This document shows positions 35,010 through 43,415 of a DNA stretch of 64,000 nt, one piece after another. The translations under genes were made by a program, and so were the position numbers. The notes under the pieces are model-generated. The model saw nothing but the letters and a program-made list of their open reading frames with translations. It had not been told where the DNA came from and made no database searches. Every line of letters begins with the position of its first letter. Within the stretch, counting starts at the first letter, position 1. The DNA lies in the NCBI GenBank assembly GCA_032059445.1, contig DAMCAP010000005.1, forward strand, positions 36,227 through 100,226. The letters are read 5' to 3'. Source of the DNA: Oscillospiraceae bacterium (GTDB lineage Bacteria; Bacillota; Clostridia; Oscillospirales; Ruminococcaceae).

Positions 35010-36087
35010 CCTATTTTGTGGCTGCGGTGGCTTTTCCAAGGGCTTTGAGAATGCAGGGTTTGACATAGCATTAGGCATTGACTCGTGGAAAGATGCTACG
35101 GTTACATATCAGCAGAACTTCCCTAAAGCTGTTGCTTTAAATCAAGATATTACGACTGTTACTGGCAAAGAATTATTAAACCAGTTAAAAAATATATCGG
35201 CCGAAGATATAGATGTCATTATAGGAGGCCCTCCTTGTCAAGGTTTTTCTCTGTCTGGCAAGCGGATGTTAGATGATCCGCGAAATAAACTTTACAAATC
35301 TTTTGTTGAAATCGTAGATGAAATTAAACCTAAAGTTTTTGTCATGGAAAATGTACCCGGGTTAATTAGACTTTTTGATGGAAAAGTGAAAGATGAAATC
35401 ATTAAAGACTTTTCCGCATTAGGATATAATGTTGAAATGCAATTACTTTCTGCTGATAACTTTGGCGTACCACAGCAGCGGAAACGAGTATTTTTTGTGG
35501 GTCTTAATAAAGAAAAGATACACAACACAAAGGTTTTTACGTTTCCACTCCCCACTCATGGCATTGGCCAAACATCACCTACCCCAATAACCTGTAAGCA
35601 GGCAATATCTGATCTGGATTTTGTTCCAGATGATATTGCGCTACCAGAGTGCATTGAGTATAAGATTCCCCCACAGAGTGAATATCAGAAGTTAATGAGG
35701 AATGGAAGTACCGCTCTCTATAATCACTCCATTACCTTACATAAGGAACGAACCAAGGAAATAATAGCAATGGTCCCAGATGGTGGTAATTACAAGGACT
35801 TGCCACCAGAGTTATGGCAGACACGCAAGGTAAATATTGCATGGACACGTATGAATAGTCAAAAGCCCTGTTTTACAATCGATACCGGGCATAATCACCA
35901 CTTTCATTACAAGGAAAATAGGGTGCCGTCTGTTCGAGAGTCCGCCAGGATCCAATCATTTCCTGATACATTTAAGTTTATTGGAATTAAGACCAGCCAA
36001 TTAAAACAAGTTGGAAATGCGGTTCCGCCTATACTTGCACAGGCAGTGGCAAGTAAAATAATATCTTTATTAGAACAGGAGGATTGA
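34975..36087 (+). CDS. DNA (cytosine-5)-methyltransferase 1
   Basis: Motifs I DLFCGCGG, IV GGPPCQGFS, VI ENVPGL, VIII QQRKRVFFVG, and IX/X RESARIQSFPD and GNAVPP. Confidence 0.9.
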   Translation: MTRMRRKPILIDLFCGCGGFSKGFENAGFDIALGIDSWKDATVTYQQNFPKAVALNQDITTVTGKELLNQLKNISAEDIDVIIGGPPCQGFSLSGKRMLDDPRNKLYKSFVEIVDEIKPKVFVMENVPGLIRLFDGKVKDEIIKDFSALGYNVEMQLLSADNFGVPQQRKRVFFVGLNKEKIHNTKVFTFPLPTHGIGQTSPTPITCKQAISDLDFVPDDIALPECIEYKIPPQSEYQKLMRNGSTALYNHSITLHKERTKEIIAMVPDGGNYKDLPPELWQTRKVNIAWTRMNSQKPCFTIDTGHNHHFHYKENRVPSVRESARIQSFPDTFKFIGIKTSQLKQVGNAVPPILAQAVASKIISLLEQED

Positions 36088-36090
36088 GAT

Positions 36091-37512
36091 ATGTATAATC
36101 ACGAAAAGCAATACCGTTGCTCTATAATACGTGGTAAATCTCAAAAAGAAATAGACGATTTGCTACCCGCCTACGCTAAAATCATTACTGATATATGCCC
36201 ATGCAAAAAGGAAACCTTTGAGCATGACTTTAATTCTGCATTTGCAGCGTATATTCCGGCAGATTCAATTAAAAAAACTTTTGACAATCACAGAACTGAG
36301 ATTGCCGGCAAACTCTTTGGCATGTACTATATTGCTCCCCATGATGATGACACCGAGGATGCCTATGTATATCCATCAGAGCGGACCATGAAATTCATGG
36401 AAGACAACGACCAGCCTGCATTCTTCAAAGATATTTGTTTTAAAATGCAGTTCCCGAACGGCATGACAAAAGGTGAAACAGTCAAAGAGCGAGTTGGCTT
36501 AGGGATTTCAATTCGCCCTAACTCCTATGTATTAAAACTGTTATTGCTGGCTAAAAATGCAGCCATCACTCTGAATAAGAGTGATCTGGGATATTATGCC
36601 TTAAACTCATTGGATGTTTTAACACGTCACGCTACTCCTTTTGAAGTGATAGACCAGATTGAGCGTGATAAAAAAGAGGGTATTGTACGCAAAGTACATA
36701 CCGATGGAAAAGCTGCATCTTATAATGTTCAGCACATTAACGAACAGATTAACTATTTGGAATTAGCGAACCTTGTCATCACTGACAATGATGGAGAGGT
36801 AGCGCTCAACACCAACGATCTGGACACCATTAACCTTTTTGCAGAACTTTGGAACGAGAAGCCTCTGTTCGATTGTGCAGCATATGATTTATCTAGTTTG
36901 GTTGGCCGAAAGCAATTTCAATTAGATTGGGATTATTATTTTGCTCAGCTGAGCACTGCTGCTGATAAATTCGCAACAACATCTGCATCCCTTGGGATAG
37001 TGGAACATAAGACCATGGTAAAACCGACCACAGGAATAGGCAAAACGGAACTCGGAGACGAAGGTGAATTCTATGTTCTGGACTATGAAAAAGAGCGGGT
37101 CAAAGCTTTTGATCCAAGACTTGTGGGAAAAGTTATTCATTTAGGTAAGACGAGAGGTCTTGGTTATGATATTCAGTCAGTTATTGCTGAAAATGGTGAT
37201 ATGGCTGAGTTTGTGAAATATATAGAAGTAAAGTCAACCAAACGTGTTACAGAGCCCGATTTGACTGACACAATGTGGGTGGACACGCTTAACATCACAC
37301 GAAACGAATGGGTTGCCGCTATGCAACATAAAGATTTTTATTCGATTTTTAGGGTTTATTTTGTGCGGGGAAATATCATTATGTATGTTATCAAGGACTT
37401 GTACCAAAAAGAAAAGGATGGTAAGGTCAAGGTTGTTCCTATGACTTATCGAGTCGATTTTGGTGGTACAGCAGTAGATGAAATAATTCCCCATAAGGTA
37501 CAGGTGATTTAA
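36091..37512 (+). CDS. putative restriction endonuclease: novel N-terminal domain plus C-terminal DUF3883-type PD-(D/E)xK domain
   Basis: 473 aa. The C-terminal ELGDEGEFYVLDYE...GYDIQSV...YIEVKST...ITRNEWVAA...YSIFRVY matches the DUF3883 (NOV_C) pattern, with D...EVK as a plausible catalytic triad. The gene is sandwiched between two m5C methyltransferase genes with 3 and 0 nt gaps. Confidence 0.6.
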   Translation: MYNHEKQYRCSIIRGKSQKEIDDLLPAYAKIITDICPCKKETFEHDFNSAFAAYIPADSIKKTFDNHRTEIAGKLFGMYYIAPHDDDTEDAYVYPSERTMKFMEDNDQPAFFKDICFKMQFPNGMTKGETVKERVGLGISIRPNSYVLKLLLLAKNAAITLNKSDLGYYALNSLDVLTRHATPFEVIDQIERDKKEGIVRKVHTDGKAASYNVQHINEQINYLELANLVITDNDGEVALNTNDLDTINLFAELWNEKPLFDCAAYDLSSLVGRKQFQLDWDYYFAQLSTAADKFATTSASLGIVEHKTMVKPTTGIGKTELGDEGEFYVLDYEKERVKAFDPRLVGKVIHLGKTRGLGYDIQSVIAENGDMAEFVKYIEVKSTKRVTEPDLTDTMWVDTLNITRNEWVAAMQHKDFYSIFRVYFVRGNIIMYVIKDLYQKEKDGKVKVVPMTYRVDFGGTAVDEIIPHKVQVI

Positions 37513-38478
37513 ATGTATAAAGTAGTTTCCCTATTTTCAGGATGCGGTGGGGCAGATTTAGGTTTGGTAGGTGGGTTTGCCTTTAACAATAACAAATACA
37601 AAAGCCTACCATTTAAATTAGTTTATGCATCTGACATTGATCAAAAGGCTTTAAATACGCATAAATTAAATTTTTCAAGCGAGCAAACTGTGTGTGCGGA
37701 TATTTGTAGCATTCCCTCTGAAGCTATACCCGAGCACGATGTGCTGGTTGGAGGATTTCCATGCCAATCCTTTAGCACTGTAAATCCTAATAAAGACCCT
37801 TTTGATGATCGCGCTAACTTGTATAAGCAGATGGTGAGAATTGCTGCTGATAAAAAACCAAAGGTTGTAATTGCCGAGAATGTTAAAGGATTTATGACTT
37901 TACATAAAGGGCGAATTTATAAGCGTGTTATAAAGGCATTCGAAGATGTGGGATATGTGATGCACACCCAATTAATGAATGCCGCCGATTATGGTGTTCC
38001 CCAAAAAAGAGAGCGAGTTATTCTTGTAGGGATTAGAAAAGATTTAAATTTGCTTTTTGAATACCCAGCAAAAACTCACGAGAACAATTGGATTCCACTG
38101 TCCGTTGCGGTTCCCGAGCTTGCAATCAATGAAAAAAAATACTATTTTTCCGAACGAGCAGTGCAGGGTATGAAGAATGCAAAAAACAACATGAAACGTG
38201 GACTATATCAGGATTTAAATGAGCCCTGCCTAACGATTACAAGTCATTTGGCAAAGGTTAGCTTAAACTCTCGAGACCCTGTACTTCTGGTGGATCCCGA
38301 TAACGAATTATATCGGCGTTTTACTCCACGAGAAGCTGCAAGAATACAATCGTTCCCAGATAGTTTTGAATTTGCCGGCTCTGAAGCTGATGCCTATCGT
38401 CAAATTGGAAATGCAATACCTCCAGTAATGTTTTGGCATATCAGTAATGCTGTTGCAGAAATATTAAAAAAGCTATAA
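37513..38478 (+). CDS. DNA (cytosine-5)-methyltransferase 2
   Basis: Motifs I SLFSGCGG, IV GGFPCQSFS, VI ENVKGF, VIII QKRERVILVG, plus REAARIQSFPD and GNAIPP. Confidence 0.9.
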   Translation: MYKVVSLFSGCGGADLGLVGGFAFNNNKYKSLPFKLVYASDIDQKALNTHKLNFSSEQTVCADICSIPSEAIPEHDVLVGGFPCQSFSTVNPNKDPFDDRANLYKQMVRIAADKKPKVVIAENVKGFMTLHKGRIYKRVIKAFEDVGYVMHTQLMNAADYGVPQKRERVILVGIRKDLNLLFEYPAKTHENNWIPLSVAVPELAINEKKYYFSERAVQGMKNAKNNMKRGLYQDLNEPCLTITSHLAKVSLNSRDPVLLVDPDNELYRRFTPREAARIQSFPDSFEFAGSEADAYRQIGNAIPPVMFWHISNAVAEILKKL

Positions 38479-38550
38479 TATTTGGTAGTCTTGATAAATA
38501 GGTATTTTCCTCCTCTTATGGTATTGTGTGTGCTTGAGGAGGTGAGGTAA

Positions 38551-38853
38551 ATGCAGAAAGAAAAAATACTTAGTGAGCTGTACCGCGGCAATTTAAATCC
38601 TGTGGCTAAAAAGGTTGTTCCGGGCAGTGAGTATCAAAAATGTCAACATGAGGCTGCAAATCTTGAAGAAGAAATCTTAGCTGTTCTGGATGAGCAAGGC
38701 AAGGAAAAGTTTCAAGCCTTTTTAGCTTCACAGGGGAGCCTGAACTACATCAGTGGTGAGGAACGTTTTACAGACGGCTTTCGTATGGGAGCAAAAATGA
38801 TGCTCGAAATATTTGAAAAAAATGACGGACAGTTCAAACCGAATACCGGTTAG
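38551..38853 (+). CDS. hypothetical protein (100 aa)
   Basis: ATG after GAGGAGGTGAGG RBS. No domain recognised. Confidence 0.5.
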   Translation: MQKEKILSELYRGNLNPVAKKVVPGSEYQKCQHEAANLEEEILAVLDEQGKEKFQAFLASQGSLNYISGEERFTDGFRMGAKMMLEIFEKNDGQFKPNTG

Positions 38854-39576
38854 CTGTTTGTCATTTTTTAATCTCAGAACTTAATCCGCTGGCTCAAAGT
38901 ACTGACTTATCCTTGTGATAGGTCTGTGCTTTTTCAATATATTCCCGCAACACAGTCGACAGGAATATTCGAGTCGACTAACGCCCCATCCCAACGAAAA
39001 CAAACGGCTACAAAACAGCATAATTCGTTAAAGATAAATTGCTCTTGCCACTACGGCAAGCGGTAGGCACACGTTGCCCGCTGTGTGCCCCTGTGTGCGA
39101 TTTTCAGCGAGAGGTAGGGTAGTAATGCCACTGGGCAGAGTTGAGGGCGAATTTGGGCAAGATTGGGGAGCGACTAAAAGACTAAAATTTGGGGGAACCC
39201 ATGGAAAAAGTTTTCTGCAGTATTACCCAAAAACTACTCTGAACCCCTGGGTCGAAAATAGAGCAGGAGAAAGCAAGGTGCTCCTAAAGGTGCACCTTGC
39301 GGTCACAGCGGTCGGCAGTGCCGACCGCTAAAGCCCCACCGTTAGCGAGTTTGTGCCGATATTGCACCATCCACAATAGGTGGTCAGTTAGGGTGCTGTA
39401 AATCGCATTTTGTGCTGTGATAGGTGCTGTAAAAATGATAGAATGGCTTGGTTGCAGGGTTTGTGGCTGTTTTTTAGGTGCACCCCAAGGTGCTGGGGGC
39501 TTATTTGAGCAGAATTTCAGCCAAATTATTTTACTGAATATTTGCCACCTTTATCAGACTATTCACAGCTATTCGC

Positions 39577-39595
39577 TGATAACATTTTGATAACA
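39577..39595 (+). repeat. attR core: 19 bp direct repeat TGATAACATTTTGATAACA
   Basis: Identical to 30758-30776. Confidence 0.85.
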
Positions 39596-39718
39596 AAAAC
39601 CGTAATAGCCAAAAGCAGCTGGGCGAATATAGAGAAAAAACAGGCTAAAAACACACATTTTACTAAACAAATAAGTTTAATTTACTAATAAGTTAATCGA
39701 GTGGGAATAATGAATGTT

Positions 39719-39761
39719 GCTCCGAGAATCCTGTAAATCACAGGGCTCTCGGAGCTTTTTT
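39719..39761 (+). terminator. orphan intrinsic terminator
   Basis: GCTCCGAG..CCTG-loop-CAGG..CTCGGAGC followed by TTTTTT. No ORF of 60 aa or more lies upstream. Confidence 0.65.
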
Positions 39762-40013
39762 CATGGGAAGCGTACTAAGAACATACTATATTTAACTTGT
39801 GATATTTTGTGTGGTTGAGGTATATTTTAACAATTAAATGTGTTAGACTAAATTTATAAAACTTTAGTGCTGGTGATTTGTAAAGCGTATGATAACAATT
39901 TTGTTAGGAAATTGTTTTTGAGAATCACTTAGTGTCTGTAGACTTTGAGCAAATCTTTAATTAAGTTTCTTATTATGTTTACGTCTAATCATTATTATTT
40001 TGGGGGTTAGAGT

Positions 40014-40625
40014 ATGAAAACAGTGATTACAATTCAACACACTCAGTCTATTCATCATACAAATGGTATGATTGGCTCGTGGACAGATTGGGATATTACC
40101 GAACACGGCATTCAACAGGCAGAAAATATAGGCAAAAACCTGGTTAAAGAACTCTATGACAAGGCGGTCAGAATAATTTCCTCCGATTTATTACGTGCGA
40201 AACATACGGCAGAAATTGTCGCAAAATATTTCGAAGCAAAGTTAGAATTGGACGAGCGTATAAGAGAGCGCAATCTTGGTGAAGCATGCGGGAAATCTGA
40301 GGAGTGGGCTCACGCAAATAGGATTATCTGGGAAAGAACTATTGATGACAAGTCATTTAAAAACTCCGAATCAGAGCGTGATGCGTGGATAAGGCTAGAG
40401 CCATTTTTTAAAGAAATTCTCGATAGCAAGGAGGAAGCGATCATTATTGTTTCTCATGGTGGTACACTGAGACAGTTCCATGAGATGTGGTTGGGCTTTG
40501 ATGTAGAAAAGCAAAATAACTTCGATATACTGGGCATGTCGGGAGGTGTTTCACTATTGCAACAAAAAGATGATGGCTTAAGACGCATCAGGAAACTCAG
40601 TGATATGTCATACTCAAAATTATGA
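40014..40625 (+). CDS. histidine phosphatase (phosphoglycerate mutase-like) family protein, QHT variant of the RHG motif
   Basis: ITIQHTQS in place of RHGES. The downstream motifs SDLLRAKHTAE, RERNLGE and VSHGGTLR are retained. Confidence 0.7.
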   Translation: MKTVITIQHTQSIHHTNGMIGSWTDWDITEHGIQQAENIGKNLVKELYDKAVRIISSDLLRAKHTAEIVAKYFEAKLELDERIRERNLGEACGKSEEWAHANRIIWERTIDDKSFKNSESERDAWIRLEPFFKEILDSKEEAIIIVSHGGTLRQFHEMWLGFDVEKQNNFDILGMSGGVSLLQQKDDGLRRIRKLSDMSYSKL

Positions 40626-40647
40626 GCATTCATGAATATTATATTTG

Positions 40648-41205
40648 ATGGAGTGTTATGAAGTGGAAAAATATATAGCCCTATTACGTGGCATAAACAT
40701 AAGTGGTAAAAACAAAGTATCTATGCCCTTATTAAAAGTAGCATTTGAAGATGTAGGATTTCTAGATGTTAGCACCTATATCAACAGTGGAAATGTTCTT
40801 TTTTCAAGCGATATAAGTGATAAAAACGAACTAATCAATCGGTGTCAGTCTCTCATAGCAGAGAGATTTAAGTTAAATATTCCTGTAGCAATCATAACTT
40901 CAAAGGAATTGTCAGAAGCCTTAGACAATGCGTCCGAATGGTGGGATATCGAAAAAGAAAGGATACATCAAGCAATATTTCTTGTATCGCCTACTACTGT
41001 AGAAGAAGTATATAAGGCAGTTGGAGATGCAAAACCAGAATATGAAAAGGTAGAATACTATGGTAATGTTATTTTTTGGTCTGCACCTAGGGCAGCCTTG
41101 TCCAAAACAAGATGGTATAAAATTGCAAGTTCTTCCGTGAACAGCAAAGTAACAATTAGGAATGCCAATACCGTAAAGAAGCTACTTTCGTTATCAAATG
41201 TATGA
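40648..41205 (+). CDS. DUF1697 family protein
   Basis: The N-terminal YIALLRGINISGKNKVSMPLLK is the DUF1697 signature. Confidence 0.7.
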   Translation: MECYEVEKYIALLRGINISGKNKVSMPLLKVAFEDVGFLDVSTYINSGNVLFSSDISDKNELINRCQSLIAERFKLNIPVAIITSKELSEALDNASEWWDIEKERIHQAIFLVSPTTVEEVYKAVGDAKPEYEKVEYYGNVIFWSAPRAALSKTRWYKIASSSVNSKVTIRNANTVKKLLSLSNV

Positions 41206-41316
41206 GTTTTCGAACAACCGAGTAGTAGCTCAGCTTCTCATTATGTAATGTGGACATGTCTATTGCTCAGCTTTTTATTTTTAGATATTATTTTATTCTG
41301 TCGAGGAAATTTGAGT

Positions 41317-41796
41317 ATGTCAAAGCTCGAAATAACGAATATGGTCATGGTGCAAAATCGGGATACAGGTGAAGTTATAGTGCAGAATCGTATCAAAAAA
41401 TGGTGTGGCATATCGTTTCCCGGAGGTCATGCGGAAAATGGTGAGACCATTTATGATAGTTCTATTCGTGAAATAAAAGAAGAGACAGGTCTTGATATTT
41501 ACAACTTGCAACCATGCGGATTTATGTATTGGTTCAATGATCAAACTGAGGATCGGTATTTTACATATTTTTATAAAACTATCGACTATTCTGGTGAGCT
41601 ACTAACTGAAACAGAGGAAGGTAAGGTGTTTTGGACAAGTATTGACAAACTCGAAGAAATGAGCCTTGCACCTAATTTTAAAGCGTATTTGCCAATGTTC
41701 TTAACTAATCAATATGCCGAAGCTTATTGTGTTTGGAATAATGACATAAAACCGGATATGTCAAAAGAAAATCCATGGGGAATAATTTATAGGTGA
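41317..41796 (+). CDS. NUDIX hydrolase
   Basis: Nudix box GGHAENGETIYDSSIREIKEETGLD. Start at MSKLEITN after GAGGAA. Confidence 0.8.
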   Translation: MSKLEITNMVMVQNRDTGEVIVQNRIKKWCGISFPGGHAENGETIYDSSIREIKEETGLDIYNLQPCGFMYWFNDQTEDRYFTYFYKTIDYSGELLTETEEGKVFWTSIDKLEEMSLAPNFKAYLPMFLTNQYAEAYCVWNNDIKPDMSKENPWGIIYR

Positions 41797-41966
41797 GAGA
41801 AGTTCATATTTATAAGTTGACTATGCAGTTTTTTACTCTGGGCGGATAGCATAGCCACCTACTTAGCATACTTATTTTACAATTTGGTAAGGTATATGAT
41901 TCTTGTGCTTCCTACAAAGTTATTGTATAATTTGGATATAGTATAATTTTAGGACGGAGCAGTGCT

Positions 41967-43010
41967 ATGGTAACTCAAAACGATATAGCCAAAAAGCTAA
42001 ACATTTCTAGGACTACAGTTGCAAGGGCACTGAGCGGACGATCTGTAAGTGAAGAAACGCGGAAGCTAGTCTGCGAGCAGGCGCGAGCCATGGGGTATGT
42101 ACATAACAGCGCTGCCAGCAGTCTTGCTTTAAAGAATAATCGTAAAGTCTATGCATTTATTATAGCGACTATTGACGAGGGGTATGGTCGGCAGATGCTG
42201 GAAGGCATCAAAGAAGTTGCAAACATCTGGCAAGGCTATCATTTTGAGATCGAAGTGATTTTTACAGATATCACTTTAGGCAGAAATCAGTGCCAGACTC
42301 AGATGGAGCAGTTTTATCATGTGATCCAAAATGATCGTGTAGACGGCATCATTTTTAGCGCCCTGAGCCAACATAATATGGATGCGGTGACAGAGGTCTG
42401 TCGTAAACGTCAGATACCTCTTATGACCCTCGATTTGATCTATCGTAACGAAGAGCTCTGCCACATAGGGCCTGATTATATTGAGCTTGGTAAATACTCT
42501 GCATCGTATATTGCAAGCCTCATGCAAAAAAGAGGCAGAATACTAACCTTAAGCTACGATGAAGGGTACGAGCTGGCAAATTATCGTATGCAGGGGTTTC
42601 ATCAGCATCTGAGCAATTATCCTAATATCATCTGCAAAAGTGTGGATATAAAAATCAACACGGAGGAATGCTATCATCATACTTTAAGCGAGCATCTAGA
42701 TGATCTTCAGCCTATTGCGATCTACTCACCCTACCATGTAGATTACATAGGCAACTACCTTAAAAAGCACGGTCTTGATGGTAAGATTATTTTGATTTGT
42801 AACGGTGTCAATGAACGTGTCGAGGAGTTTCTGTCTGATGGGACCATTACCGGTATTGTATCAGCTAGGCCGTATTTTTTGGGTGCTGTCGCTGCCAACA
42901 ATTTCTTTAAGTTGTTTTTTCGGCAGTTTGAGATGCTTACAGGTAAAATAGATGTTTCGTGTGATATTTATATTAAAGAAACATACAAGCGTTACGACCG
43001 CATCTACTAA
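41967..43010 (+). CDS. LacI-family transcriptional regulator
   Basis: N-terminal HTH VTQNDIAKKLNISRTTVARALSG plus a periplasmic-binding-protein-like domain. 347 aa. Confidence 0.85.
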   Translation: MVTQNDIAKKLNISRTTVARALSGRSVSEETRKLVCEQARAMGYVHNSAASSLALKNNRKVYAFIIATIDEGYGRQMLEGIKEVANIWQGYHFEIEVIFTDITLGRNQCQTQMEQFYHVIQNDRVDGIIFSALSQHNMDAVTEVCRKRQIPLMTLDLIYRNEELCHIGPDYIELGKYSASYIASLMQKRGRILTLSYDEGYELANYRMQGFHQHLSNYPNIICKSVDIKINTEECYHHTLSEHLDDLQPIAIYSPYHVDYIGNYLKKHGLDGKIILICNGVNERVEEFLSDGTITGIVSARPYFLGAVAANNFFKLFFRQFEMLTGKIDVSCDIYIKETYKRYDRIY

Positions 43011-43297
43011 TAGAGTATTAATGAAATGTAATTTCATCCATAAACAGCGCCTATTTGTTGTACAACACCCACAAAAGATTTTATCCCCATAGTTGCTAAT
43101 AGAGAAAATGTCTTATGAAGTAATTAACTACTTGAAAACAAAAATGAAATATGTTAGAGTTTTGTCAGATTAAGATGGCTCGATAAGTTTGGTGAGATCA
43201 ACTTATTGTTTTAGCTGGTTTAAGATGCTGACGAAACAAAATCCTACCCATACTAGGCTTTTGTAAATAGTAATGTAGGATTTTTCTTTTGCCCAAA

Positions 43298-43313
43298 ATG
43301 TTCGCGTGCACAT
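43298..43313. promoter_or_regulatory. imperfect LacI-type operator ATGTTCGCGTGCACAT
   Basis: Shares the ATGTTC.CGTG.ACAT pattern with the perfect palindrome 57 bp downstream. Confidence 0.45.
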
Positions 43314-43369
43314 GTTCGACCCTAGAGCTTTTTAGCGAGTTTTAGCGGGTTGAACTTTTATTAGAAGCA

Positions 43370-43389
43370 CTATGTTCACGTGAACATAG
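43370..43389. promoter_or_regulatory. perfect 20 bp palindromic operator CTATGTTCACGTGAACATAG
   Basis: Perfect dyad with a central CG, as in LacI/GalR operators. It ends 26 nt upstream of the amidohydrolase start codon. Confidence 0.65.
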
Positions 43390-43415
43390 TAATTTACTAA
43401 GAAAGGCGCTTACCG

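Larger units (their letters stand above)
30758..39595 (+). mobile_element. about 8.8 kb integrative (probably mobilizable) element inserted downstream of guaA
   Basis: Perfect 19 bp flanking direct repeats. It carries a tyrosine integrase, Xis-like HTH, XRE regulators, MobC-like protein, AAA_25-like ATPase and R-M genes. Base composition is visibly more AT-rich than the flanks. Confidence 0.85.

Noticed and set aside
39074-39331. 85 aa ORF in the element right arm.
   Set aside because: It has a TTG start without an RBS and an odd composition (MPAVCPCVRFSARGR...). It overlaps the inverted and direct repeat clusters, so this stretch is more likely non-coding DNA sites.
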